From Phoronis australis (taxonomy: Eukaryota; Animalia; Phoronida), in NCBI GenBank assembly GCA_002633005.1, contig NMRA01000292.1, positions 395,328-459,327 of the forward strand: a stretch of 64,000 nt of DNA, in the 5' to 3' direction. Numbering within the stretch: the first letter of the stretch is position 1; the number at the start of each line of letters is the position of its first letter. The position numbers and the translations under genes were made by a program. Below the pieces are notes generated by a model. It searched no databases. It had not been told where the DNA came from and worked only from the letters and a program-made list of their open reading frames with translations. Shown piece by piece: positions 25,588 through 37,661 of the stretch.

Positions 25588-26013
25588 TTAAACAATGACT
25601 GAACGGACATGCACGACACTTAACTGTAGTCATCACGCATGTTTTCACGAAATGTCACCAAGCATTACAAGCAAAGCCATAACGCACTCACTGCGATCTT
25701 TGGTCTGTTGTCTCACTTACGCCACCCAGTGGATTTCGAGGTCTCCATTTACGTAGAGTTCAGAGAAACTGGAACCCACTTGACAGACATCAAAGATATA
25801 TCGCCGTGTAATTTCAAAACGGACTGCACAAACGCGTAAAAGAACCACAGCCACGGTCAAACGTGCAAGTCGAGCGATCGACTGTCGAGCCTGGCAATCC
25901 GCCAGCGATCACGAAAAGAAGTGTATCACGTCATATTTTCGTTCAACGCAGGTTTGCTGGTCTCGTGCATTAAATTCGGCGGGCATGAGGAAATGAAGTT
26001 CGTGAATACTTAC

Positions 26014-26172
26014 AGTTTTCGTTCTTGATGCACATTATGTTCATGTCTCTCAAATGTTGTTCAGGGCAATGGTACCACCCTGTTCCCCACCCATAGTGTG
26101 GACAGTCGAAGACGCTATTTTCAGAACCCAAGCAATGTGCCTTGTGAAGCCATATAGGCTGGCTACTGTTAC
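26014..26172 (-). CDS. Multi-SRCR receptor exon: SRCR2 second half
   Basis: tttcag|...|gtaagt; phase 1 to 1; NSSQPIWLHKAHCLGSENSVFDCPHYGWGTGWYHC...DMNIMC. Confidence 0.92.
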
Positions 26173-26339
26173 CTGAAACAGTGAAAAGTATCAAAGCCAT
26201 TACAGGACGTGGCAAAAACACCCAGGACATGAATATCAGTTTCCTTAAAACCATTTAGTTTGAGGCGACTGGCTTTGTCGACTGGGAGAATGAGTTCTTC
26301 ATTGGTCTCTAGAGGCATTTGGATAAGAAAAAAATCACT

Positions 26340-27640
26340 TACTAAGAGACGATTCAGTTAGATGAAGAAGTTTTGGCCTGGTCCGTCAGGCCTTTTTCGA
26401 TGAATGAGGGGTTTCCTGCCTTTCGCATAGTGAGTATGTTGGAATACAGGAGAGGTAAATGTAAGTCGCGATCCCAGTTCAAAAAGGGGCGCTCCATGCT
26501 GGTGTTAATGGATTCTTGTAACTTGCGAGCATACCAGTTATGTTCTTTGGTTAAGATCTTAGATGATTCAAGGGTTGTTGGGATCCTGGTCACACGTCAG
26601 CTGGTAAATGTTTTTCCATCGGGGTTTGGTCTTTGGGTCGGACTAATAATGATCGAAGGGTGTTGATGAATTTCATGTATGAAGAAATTTTGTGGGTTCT
26701 GCAAGTGTGTTGTAGGCACTCAGGCACTCCTTTTTATGTACGGGATAGCGACAGAGGGGCCATCTAGTTTTTCAGGAGGTTTACGCCTGGGGGGTTTGTG
26801 AACATCGAGTCCTTGTATCCATTAGCGCGCAAAGCATTTTCAACATGTTCAGCTTCGTCATAATCTTGGAAGCCAGTGATGTAACGTTCAGCTCTATCCA
26901 GGAGGGCACGTGTACCAGAATGTTAGTATTGGATGAGAACTGAAGGCATTGGTTCATGTGCGTCGGTTTCCTGTAGATCGTGACTTTGAGGGAAACATCA
27001 TCAACGACGTGTACACACAGATCCAAGAAAGGTAAGGTTCTGTTGCATTCCGGCTCCATGGTGAATTGAATACAGTTGTCAATGTTGTTAATGTAATCAG
27101 TAAAAGAGGAGATGTCATTCTCTGGGACCATAGCAAAAGTGTCGACCACATACCTAAGCCAGATGGATGGGACTCTGGGTGCAGAGGCCAAAGCAGTCTG
27201 TTCAATCTCCTCCATGTATATGTCGGCTACGATAGGAAACACAGGAGATCCCATGGTAGCTCTGTGGCATTGCTGGTAGAATTTGTTGCTGCATATGAAA
27301 TATGTAGTATTAAGGCAAAAACTCGATAGCTGGTAAATTTGCTCAACAGACAATTCAGTGCGTAGACTGATAGTGGGGTCATTGGATGGTCTCTTGCGTA
27401 CAATGGCGAGGGCCTTATGCACGGGGATACTAGTGAAGAGAGCATTGACATCATTTGAAATTAATTTGTATCCTACAGGAACAACCAGGTTCTCGACTCT
27501 GTCAACAAATTCGGAGCTGTTACGTACACTGTATATAGTGCTACCGTGGAGAGGCTTGAGGACACTAGGTAAATACTTCGTAGCGTTGTAAACAATGCTG
27601 TCACAGCAGGAGACAATCGGTCTCAGAGGTACGTTGTCTT
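26340..27640 (-). mobile_element. Penelope-like retroelement, 5'-truncated and degenerate (RT plus GIY-YIG C-terminus)
   Basis: PLRPIVS, DVNALFTSIP, MGSP, RYVVD (mutated YVDD), LPFLD, YRKPTH; downstream E-x-N-W-Y-x-R-K-L-x-E-S-I. Confidence 0.9.
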
Positions 27641-27934
27641 TTAACATGTTGTCGGTGCCTATTTCCTGTCTGGGTGTCTGTGATTGAAAATTTCCCATTC
27701 GTAAAGTAAAGGAATTCTATGGCAAGGATGTCCACCTGATACTTGCGTTTGAATATATCAAACATCTTTTTGTTTAATACAATACGATTAAATAAACTTC
27801 CGATATACTTTCGTGTTCTCATAGCATGCCTCGTTTTGAAATTAAACCCATCAGGCTGTTGATTAAACCATGTACGTGTATGACACCAATTTTACTTCCT
27901 ATAAGCCAACATAGCGTGTATTACCTTAGATCTC

Positions 27935-28185
27935 GGTCCCGTTCCAAGACAACTGACTTAGCTAAGACAAATCTTAAATTTACGTCAATTTTAAAGTAAA
28001 TAAACTTCAGAATGTTTTAATTCCGTTTCAAGAAATTGATATTAAGTATGATTTAGGTTTTTGACATAAGTTGTGTCTAAAGTTTGACTAACTTACCGGA
28101 TGTGGAAACTTTAACATTTGGAAGTTAAGATAGATCTTAGACTCGAGTCAAAAATGAACTTAAGCCACTTTCTTGGAGCGGGCCC
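27935..28185. mobile_element. Harbinger-like MITE family B, copy 1
   Basis: GGTCCCGTTCCAAG...CTTGGAGCGGGCCC TIR; inverted homologue at 63187-63408. Confidence 0.8.
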
Positions 28186-28387
28186 CTGGTCAGATATCTG
28201 TCCATGTCACCAGATGTGGTATTTTTAGACGTAAAAGGCATGGCATTATTCTGTACTACGTGGCATTACAAACAAAACCAAGTGTAATGTGTTTTGCAAC
28301 TACAATAACGTGCGATAGCAGTCAGACGTTTATTCGCTTGGTAGTCGCCATGTTTCTTTTTTAACTCCACAGCTAACCACTAGGTGG

Positions 28388-29284
28388 TGTCAGATGATTG
28401 ACTGTGGGTTTGTTTAAAAGGTAGCTATGCTTTGAGATTGTGCGTAGATGGAAAGTGAATGATCAAATCCAGTAATTAATTTATTATATGATAACCCCTA
28501 ATTAGACAAGTGAAACATATTGTTAATTAAGTAATCAACTACAAAGAGTAACTACGCTAGCGCCCTCTTTAAAGATTACTTTAATCAAACAACCAAAACG
28601 ATCAAATGTCTTATCTGCTATCCAAGCTAGGACTCTCCACTTGTTGGATGTATGTCCTGTTGGTGAATCTTCGAACTACACACACTGTATAGCGACAGTG
28701 TACTTGCTGGTCACCGTCTCTGGTGATGCAACACTTGCAGGCAATTTCTTCTACCCGCGATTCTTCTTGCTGGTCACAGTCTCTGGCTGATGACGCAACA
28801 CTTCAGGTAGTATCTTACTACCCACAATGCAAGTGACAAGCTCTTAGTTAACTTCCTGTTCGTTAACCCTTGCCCTTGCCAAGATCCTTTCTAGAATCTT
28901 CCACGAGATGGCTCTGTCGTACAACTGCTTCTGTACACTGTAGCAAGTCTTTATGCTTCAACTACTTTAGCGCATCTGATTATCTTGCTGATTTCAGCCC
29001 ATAATATAACATTCTACTTATTTAGTGATTGGCTAATAAAAACCACATGATCATATCCACTCGTATTATTGGCTGTTACAATTTGTTCTCAGAATATTCT
29101 AGAATCTCTAGAGTACTTTGACCCCAGAACCCAAAGTTGTAAACACCATCTAAAAATAGATTTTGACGTTAAAATACATGTCAACAAGTCTGACCCCATG
29201 ATTTAAAAGTACATATGCACAAATTTTGGGCAACTTAAAATGGATCTGTTCTTACTAATTACTTAATCAATATTTATTCTGACA
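28388..29284 (-). repeat. 3' LTR of the Gmr1-type element (897 bp)
   Basis: Near-identical direct repeat of 33930-34673 plus a 153-bp extra segment. Confidence 0.95.
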
Positions 29285-29399
29285 AATAAGCCCTTCCTCA
29301 AGAAAATACATGTACTTCTTAAGATTTTCTAAACATGGGAGACTTAAATATTGATTAACACTTAGATCTATTACCCAATTTCCATGAATCTTCAATACT

Positions 29400-32300
29400 C
29401 TAACCTACTCAGGTAATCGGCACCAACATTTTCTGAGCTTCAACCTTAAATCAATAATTTTGCAAAAACAAGGCCCACCTCATGATGCGTCCATTAACTA
29501 ACTTACTTTTTTGAATGTAAGCCAGGGGTTGATGGTCAGTATGAATGATATATTCTTTACCATGCAAGTACTTCGCAAATTTTCTGATGGCAAATACAAT
29601 AGTCAAACATTCCCTCTCTGTGACAGAGTAATTCCGTTTCCGAGGTAACAACTTCTTACTAGCACATGCTACTGGGAACCTGCCATCATCATACTCCTGC
29701 AACAAAATACAGCCTATACCAGCATCTGACGCATCAGTCTGAACAACAAAAGGTTTACTGAAATCAGGTAATCTCAGTATGGGTGCTCTCGTCAGCAGGT
29801 CTCGAAGAGTGTCGAATGCATGCTGCTGAGCTTCTTCCCATTGCACGGTGTTAGGCTGTTTCTTCTTTGTGAGCTCAGTAAGCAGGATGGCGATTTCAGC
29901 AAAGTTTGGGATGAATTTCCTGTAGTATCCAGCCAACCCAAGAAAAGAGCGAACTTGTTTCTTCGTTCTGGGTCGTGGTGCATCACGGATGCGTCCTAAC
30001 TTTTCTTCATCCATAGCCAGGTGCCCTTCACCGACCATATGTCCAACGAAATCGACGGAACGAGATCCAACCGAACACTTGGTGGGTCGAATCGTTAGTC
30101 CAGCTTCTCGCACACGTTGGAAGGTGTCTCGCAAGGTGGCAAAGTGTTCAGTCCAGGTGTTATTATGGCACAGAATGTCATCCACATACATGTAATGTTC
30201 TGTATTATGTGCTCCTGCCAACATCTTCCTCATCATGCGGTTGAATGTCGCTGCTGAATTTACCAGACCAAATGGCATCTTTACGAACTTGTAGCAACCA
30301 CTTGGTACTACAAAAGAGGTCTTAGGATGTGATTCTTCGGCGACAATGACTTGCCAGTATCCTTTACTTAGATCAATCTTCGTAAAATACTGGTCTTTAC
30401 TGATCTTAGCCATGATGTCATCAGGATTGCCCATCGGTTCCGAGTCAAACTTGGTGATGGCGTTCAAACGACGAAAATCAATGCAGAATCGATTTGAACC
30501 GTCCTTCTTCTTCACTAAGACCACCGGAGAGTTGTAGGGTGCATCGGATGGTTCTATGATTCCATACTTTAACATGTTGTCAACTTCCTCCTGCACAACC
30601 GACCGTGTGGCATATGGCAGGGGATACGGCTCGACTCTCACCGGCTCTTCACTGATGGTCTCAATCTTGTGCTCAACCAGATGGGTCGTACCTGATTCTT
30701 CACTAAAGATGTCAGAGTTCTCTTCTAGCAGACTTATCACCTCCCTTTCTTGGCTAGTAGTGAGCTCGTCTGATATCTTGACATCTTTGTACGTTTCTTT
30801 TTGGTTTGTCGATCCCAGCTCTAGTAAATGTTCATCATCGACAATACCAACTTCATAGTCCATTTCAGGCTGCAGTACACCTATGGCTGCGATGTCAGAA
30901 TTCTGATCTGCATCATCATTACTTGCACCCCCACTTTGGTCACGAGACATGTAGAGTTTCAACAGGTTGGCATGGTATGTCTTGGTCTTTCCACCAACCC
31001 TTACTCGGTAGTCCATTTTGTTGAGTACCTCGGTCACTTCATAGGGACCCTTCCACTGCAGTAGCAGCTTGTTACTGTCGGTTGGTAACAATATTAAGAC
31101 TTGGTCTCCCACTTTGAAGCGACGATCTCGCGTCTTTTTGTCATAATGGTGCTTGTACGCTTCACTAGCATTCCGTAAGTTTTCCCGCACCAGTTCACAT
31201 GTCCCTTCCAGACGATGTCGCAAGTCAAGGACATACTCATAAGTATTCCGTACGTCTGGTGTTTCATTGCCTGTCCACAACTCTTTAAGCACCTGCATGG
31301 GCCCTTGCACGGTTCTACCATACAACAGTTCAAATGGCGAGAAACCTGTGCCCACTTGTGGTACCTCTCGGTAGGCGAACTGCTGGTAAGTACCGGTCCC
31401 AGTCTTGTGGACGCTCTTGGCACATTTTTAGCATACTCTTTAGTACACCGTTAATACGCTCACACAATCCATTGCATTTCGGATTGTACGGAGTGGTGAA
31501 CAGTTGTTTCATGGATATCAACCGTGCAACTTCTTTCAGTACTTCTGACGTAAACTGTGTCCCACAGTCACTAAGCACCTCTCGTGGAAAGACAATTCTA
31601 CAGAAGGTTTCAAACAATGCTTCTGCGACTCGCTCAGCTTCTATTCTGGGTAGAGGGACTGCCTCTGGGTATCTTGTGGCATATTCTACGATGGTGAGAA
31701 TGTACCGGTTGCCTCTGTCTGTGATCGGCGACACAGGATCAATCAAATCAACAGCGATACGCTGGAACGGTTCTTCCATAAGTGGCATCTCGCCCAATGG
31801 CACTTTAGAGATCCTGCCCTTAGGAGTTGTTCGCTGGCAGATGTCACATGATCTGCAGAAACGATTTATGTCACTGCCAACTCCTGGCCAATAAAAGCTA
31901 CTGGCTATTCTATCACTGGTCTTCTTCACACCAAGGTGCCCACCAACGATTGACTCGTGAGCTAGCGTCATAACCTGTTGTCGATATTTGACAGGGACAA
32001 CTATCTGACGCAATTCTTTGGTGTTATCAGCATACACTCGGTTCAGGAACCCCTTTTGCTTCTCATAACAGTATTGACCTCTACCACGTGGTCTTGCTGG
32101 TTTGTCTTTCTCAACAAGTTCCATGAGCTTACGTAGGGAAGGATCATGTTATTGCTCGTCCTTCAATTTGCTGACGTCGAGACTTTCCACTCCGGATAGA
32201 GTCACCGCCAAAGGCTTAATAGGTTTCTCTCTCTTCTTAGCCTGTTCTCTAGTAGTGACTGCGGACATGACGCTGCCTTGTGGCTGCCAATTGGGATCAG

Positions 32301-32706
32301 GATCCTTGCTGACGCCAACAGCATTCCCTATGATGAGGTCGTATATCGATGTTCGCATACACATCGCCTCGATTTCTCCAACGAAGTATGGAGTGTCTAC
32401 CTCAATCTTCGTTATAGGGAAGGATCGTGCTGTCCCATCTATTAACACACAGATGTGTTGTTTCCCCGTCAGTTGACTTTCTTTGACTAGGGACGTCTTC
32501 ACCGCTGCACTACTGCATCCGGTGTCACACATCATGCGTACTTTTGTTTCATTGACGTAACCGTCACAAACGGGCATGTTGTAGTCAGCAGGAGGCTCTC
32601 TGCGCTTGTCACAGGCCCCTCTCTCTACGGGTATTGATGTTCCTTCGACTAATTTCAGACAGCCATCAACTATGAGTTGTTCTATTGGACTACCCTTTGC
32701 TACCAC
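29400..32706 (-). pseudogene. Gmr1-type pol: protease, integrase, reverse transcriptase, RNase H (frameshifted)
   Basis: CDTGCS; H..GHLG..C..C zinc finger, IAVD, SDCG, CER; GFSPFELLYGR and WKGPYEV followed in the same ORF by RFCIDFRRLN, YVDD, TDAS, ERECL, TDHQPL. Confidence 0.95.
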
Positions 32707-33800
32707 ATTACCGACTTCTTGGTGTCTTCTGTCTTGGCCCGTTCCTGATGCGAGGCAGACGACTGCTTACCTGCAACAAATCTTTTGGACTGGAAGCCTT
32801 TCATTCCACAGTCCCTTGCTAGATGACCTTTCCGATGACAATTAAAACACTCTTTGTCACCCTTGTTTCTGGTCATTGACGAACGAGGAGTCTCTGTCCT
32901 TCGTTCTTCTGTGTTGCTTGGCGGAGCCTGTCTTCTGGCTACCTGTCCCAAGTCTTTCTTTGCGAACCCTTTGCCCAACAATTCAGTACAGTGGGCGTCC
33001 ATGTACTGTTGAGCAATGGCCGACATCGAAGGTCTTCGGTTTCCGTTCCCTCAGGAATACGGACATCTCAGGATGGCATACTCCCAGAAACTGTTCTCGG
33101 ATCAGTAAGTCTCTGAGTCCATCATAAGTCGCCTCGACCTCCGCCAGTTGTGTTCATCGGTCAAAGAACCTTTTCAGTCTTGCCCCGAATTGGAACACGT
33201 TTTCACCCTTTTCAGGGTTGGACTCTCTAAACTTTCGTCGGAACCCATCTTCGGTCAATTCATACCTGTGCAGCAGCGCCACCTTAAGTTGGTCATAGTT
33301 GTTAATTTGGTCAGACGGCATGTTGTTGAACACCTGTAAGTCTTTACCTGTCAACAATGGACTCAAGTCCACAGCCCACTCCTATTTATCCCATTTCTGG
33401 CTTGTGGCGAATGTCTCAAATCGGGCTAGGAAGGCATCCATGTCGTCGACGCGCTCGTCGAACCTTGGCAGTTTGGGACGACTGGTACGTACAACACTGC
33501 TTGAATCACCACCACTAGGTGTCGCTTTGAGCTCAATTTGGAGTTGCACTGTCTTCTGCTTCTCAATTTCAATAGCTTGGGCCCGCTCTGCTTGTTTACG
33601 TGCAAGCTTTGCCTTTTCCAGTTCTTGTTTATGGGCACGCTCTGCCTGTTTTGTGCAAGCTCTACCTTTTCCAGTTCCCGTTTATGGGCGAGCTCTTCAC
33701 GCTCCAAGGCCTGCCGCAAGAGCTCCTCTGCGCAATTCCTTGACTCTTCACCGGTATAACCGAATTGTTTCGCTTGCGTAATATACTTTTCAAAATCCAT
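32700..33800 (-). pseudogene. Gmr1-type gag with SCAN-like capsid region and CCHC knuckle (frameshifted)
   Basis: YDQLKVALL.RY.LT...R.KFR; YDGLRDLLIREQFL..C...FLRERKPKT; CFNCHRKGHLARDC. Confidence 0.88.
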
Positions 33801-33929
33801 TTTAGAGGAAGGGTATTATTCCCAGAATGCACTTTATTAATTAATATTCAGTCGGTAATTACTGAATTCAAAACAATTCAACACAACCACGTAAACCTTT
33901 ATTTAAACTCTCCCGGACTGGCCCCCAAT

Positions 33930-34673
33930 TGTCAGATGATTGACTGTGGGTTTGTTTAAAAGATAGCTATGCTTTGAGATTGTGCGTAGATGGAAAGTGA
34001 ATGATCAAATCCAGTAATTAATTTATTATATGATAACCCCTAATTAGACAAGTGAAACCTATTGTTAATTAAGTAATCAACTACAAAGAGTAACTACGCT
34101 AGCGCCCTCTTTAAAGATTACTTTAATCAAACAACCAAAACGATCAAATGTCTTATCTGCTATCCAAGCTAGGACTCTCCACTTGTTGGATGTCTGTCCT
34201 GTTGGTGAATCTTCGAACTACACACACTGTATAGCGACAGTTTACTTGCTGGTCACCGTCTCTGGTGATGCAACACTTGCAGGCAATTTCTTCTACCCGC
34301 GACTCTTCTTGCTGGTCACAGTCTCTGGCTGATGACGCAACACTTCAGGTAGTATCTTACCACCCACAATGCAAGTGACAAGCTCTTAGTTAACTTCCTG
34401 TTCGTTAACCCTTGCTCTTGCCAAGATCCCTTCTAGAATCTTCCACGAGATGGCTCTGTCGTACAATTGCTTCTGAACACTGTAGCAAGTCTTTACGCTT
34501 CAACTACTATAGCTCATCTAATTATCTTGTTGATTTCAGCCCATAATATAACATTCTACTTATTTAGTGATTGGCTAATAAAAACCAGGATTTAAAAGTA
34601 CATATGCACAAAATTTGGGCAACTTAAAATGGATCTACTCTTACTAATTACTTAATCAATATTTATTCTGACA
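33930..34673 (-). repeat. 5' LTR of the Gmr1-type element (744 bp)
   Basis: Direct repeat of 28388-29284; adjacent to the PBS at 33911-33928. Confidence 0.95.
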
Positions 34674-36904
34674 GGTGGTCTAAACAAATGTCATAATATA
34701 ACATCTTCCCTCTCAAAGTTAAGCACAAGTGTACTAACCCAGTCGGTGGGGTCACTCACGGGCTCAATGACACCCAACTATACCATCTTTTCTAACTCAG
34801 CCTTCAGCTGGTGCTCTAGAGCAACCGGTGAAATGTCTGGGGTTACATCTGATTCCGACGGTCAGATGAACTTCACCGGGCAGAGTACCAAGACCATAAT
34901 CAAACACTATAAGGAAACTCTCAACGATAGTGTCAGGAGTGTGGACACTGTTAACCACTGTAATGTTATCTTTGTTAAATGCCAGTAGGTTCATCGTCTC
35001 GCTGCTGGGGCGTCCAAGGAAACAGGTTTAACCATTGTGGACAACAGCGAAGGACAAATTGTACTGCCTGTTATTCGCCGGATTTCTTACCAATGTGCGG
35101 GACTCACCCAATGGTTTTCTCTCCTTCCCGTCCCACATCTTGAGAATTTTCTTGTATGACTGAAGTGGTGTATCACGGACATATTTGACCTCTATAATGT
35201 TCACTGAACGTCCTGTGTCTAGGAGGAAAACCACCGGTAGGCTGTCAACGTCCATTCGCACATACGCGTGTGCTGAAACTTTGTTGATTTCAGTGACGTC
35301 GCTGACTTCATACTGAGATTCAATAATATTTGTACAAGTTCTTTAAATAATATCTTGAAATGGTCCCTGCCACCACAGTTCTCACACAACTGGCCATATG
35401 CTGGACATTTCCTCTTGTCAAACTCATGCTCGTCACCGCAAAATTTGCATTTGGCAATCTTCGGCTGGTTTCTTGCACGATGTTTCTGGTTGGTATATGT
35501 AGGTGGCTGTGGGAAGTCGTTTAGAATGCGACTTATATTTATGAAGGTTAAATCAGCAGTCAGCAAAAGCTTTCTTCGCACTGCATCACTACGATTACCA
35601 AGGACCACACGGTCACGTATGAGTCTGTCCGCCAGGCTGTCATAATTGCATGTCTTGGCCAGCCGACGCAACTCAGCGATATGTGTCTCAACAGGTTCAT
35701 TTTTCGACTCACTATGCTTTTCAAACTGATAGCGTTCACTCGGTTTCCCCACATAGCATCTGGCTAGTTCATCTAGCAACGTTTCATTGAAATCTTTATT
35801 CAATGAGAGGGAGGCAGTTTAGTAAGTCAAGTGAATCATAACCTTGGCATGTACGCAAAGTAGCTGTACGTTTATTTTTCTGGCTGCTTATCTAGACGGG
35901 ATGCAACTTCATAGTTTTCTGTAGAAGTGTTCACAGACATATGCCCATTTGTCGAGAGGGGCGGCGGCACAGGTACGTTTACAAACACAGAGGGTTCCCG
36001 TTATCGCTAACACTGTCACTAGTGGCCATGGTACTATTTGTAAGCGATATTTTACCAATGGTCCGTCGCTGCCACCATGTAATATGTTTAGCAACAACAA
36101 TAACTACCCTCTGACACAGCGCCACCTATACTGAAAAGTGTCCCTAGCTGTGGAAACATGATGAATGACACACGGAATTTCACGTGCTTACTAGGAAGTT
36201 TGTTGATCACATCGCCAGCATTTGCACATGCCTTCTATGCACTGAACGTGTTTGGGCTTAGCTACGGGATCGGGGTTTCCTTGCTTTTGCTTACTTCGGT
36301 TACTGCAACTATTCAACAGTAAACTGAAAGAATTTCCCAGATTTCAACCAATGTGAATGACTGAATGCTTTGACGTCGGTTTCATTACTTTCACCAATGA
36401 GAATCCATGATAAACAACATTCCATAGTGCTACCTCTCGCAGCACTGTGAAAGAGTGTACAATAATAACGTGAGATAGCAGTCCGTTTATTCACTTGATA
36501 GTCGTTGTCGTGTTTGTTTTTAACTCCACAGCTAACCGCTAGGTGGTGTTACTAAACAAAAGAACAACTGTCATAATATAACACCAAGCAACCATCTGTG
36601 TTTGATATCTGGTTTCATGTGTCCTTCATTTCTCCCGCATTTATTTCTATTTTAGTGGACTCACGAAATACCTTCAATTTCCATGACCTGCTGTTTAACA
36701 TTGGTTGACTCGCACACGAGACGGACTTGCCACCTGATGGTATCAGCAATAACATTATTCGATGGTTTCCAAACTCTTTAAAATTTACTTGTTTTTAAAG
36801 CCATTGATGGATAGCCAGTGACTTAATCTGGGACTGTGGTTAGATACTATGTCTAGACGTTCGGACACTCTCCTGTTAGGATAGCTCGTAAAAATGGCCT
36901 CCAG

Positions 36905-37307
36905 GGCCTGGTCTCTAATCTTTGTACTCGAAACGAACTCGAAACTATTTTTTGGCAATTTCTCTGCTCCTTTTGTGCGAACTTAAGATAATTGGTTATC
37001 AGACTGTGCTCGAATACATTATAGTTTATGCATAGGAGTTTCTAGTTCAAGTTTGCCCTTGAAGACACTTATATTCGTGCTACAAACTTGAGTAAAAACT
37101 CGAAATTTCGAGTTCAAACTCGGAACTTATTGCTTTAATATTGGGTTTACAAACTGTGAACTAAGGGCAATAAATTATCTACGTAAGTTATTGTGTACTC
37201 GAGCAAAGAATAGTAGACACTTATCTTGAGTTCGCCCAAAAGTAGAGTAGAAAATGCAAAACCTAATTTCGAGTTCTGTTTCGAGTAAAAAGATTGGAGA
37301 CCGGGCC
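36905..37307 (+). mobile_element. Harbinger-like MITE family A, copy 2
   Basis: CAG|GGCCTGGTCT...AGACCGGGCC|CAG; nearly identical to 44450-44850. Confidence 0.9.
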
Positions 37308-37475
37308 CAGGTGTCACTCTTGGAAGCTAGTTCCGGAAGGAGTTGGCGTCTCCTGTGTAAAAATCATTTGTAACGGGGCCAGAATTCCCTCTGGCTCTAA
37401 GGGTCAGCTTCCAATTGACTGACAAGTTAAGTATCAAGCAATGAATACGTACGTGCACATGAGACAGAATTGTAC

Positions 37476-37661
37476 CTGTGATGGAATTTGGCACGTTGAT
37501 ATAAAGTCCATATCCGCTGTGATAACCCAGCTGTCTACAAATGACAATGGCTCTGGTTTCTTCGTGCGACCATTGTTGATTACAAATAGTGCCCCAAACA
37601 CCGTTGACCGCCACTTCAACAAGGCCGTAGTTTGGCCCAGGATTCAAACGAATTTGTGGCC
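37476..37661 (-). CDS. Multi-SRCR receptor exon: SRCR2 first half
   Basis: ttgtag|...ACAG|gtacaa; phase 1 to 1; PQIRLNPGPNYGLVEVAVNGVWGTICNQQW...ICRQLGY. Confidence 0.92.

Larger units (their letters stand above)
28388..34673 (-). mobile_element. Gmr1-type Gypsy LTR retrotransposon (Gag-PR-IN-RT-RH), full length with disabling mutations
   Basis: Two TGTCAGA...TCTGACA LTRs; 5-bp TSD GGTGG; PBS TGGGGGCCAGTCCGGGA; PPT GAGGAAGGG; domain motifs in the order gag, DTG protease, integrase, RT, RNase H. Confidence 0.95.
28215..36583 (-). mobile_element. Outer Gypsy (Mag-like) LTR retrotransposon, internally deleted, 3' LTR interrupted by the Gmr1-type element
   Basis: Direct repeats ending ...TCATAATATAACA at 34703 and 36583; PBS-like TGGTGGCAGCG next to 36078; PPT GAGAGGGAAGA next to 34703; Gag (LRRLAKTC..LIRDRVVLG, CKFCG..H..CPAYG..C..C..H), protease LLDTG, RT start only; left boundary approximate. 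Confidence 0.75.

Noticed and set aside
29989-33781. Many plus-strand ORFs of 60-190 aa
   Set aside because: Antisense shadows of the Gypsy gag/pol frames with no recognisable motifs.
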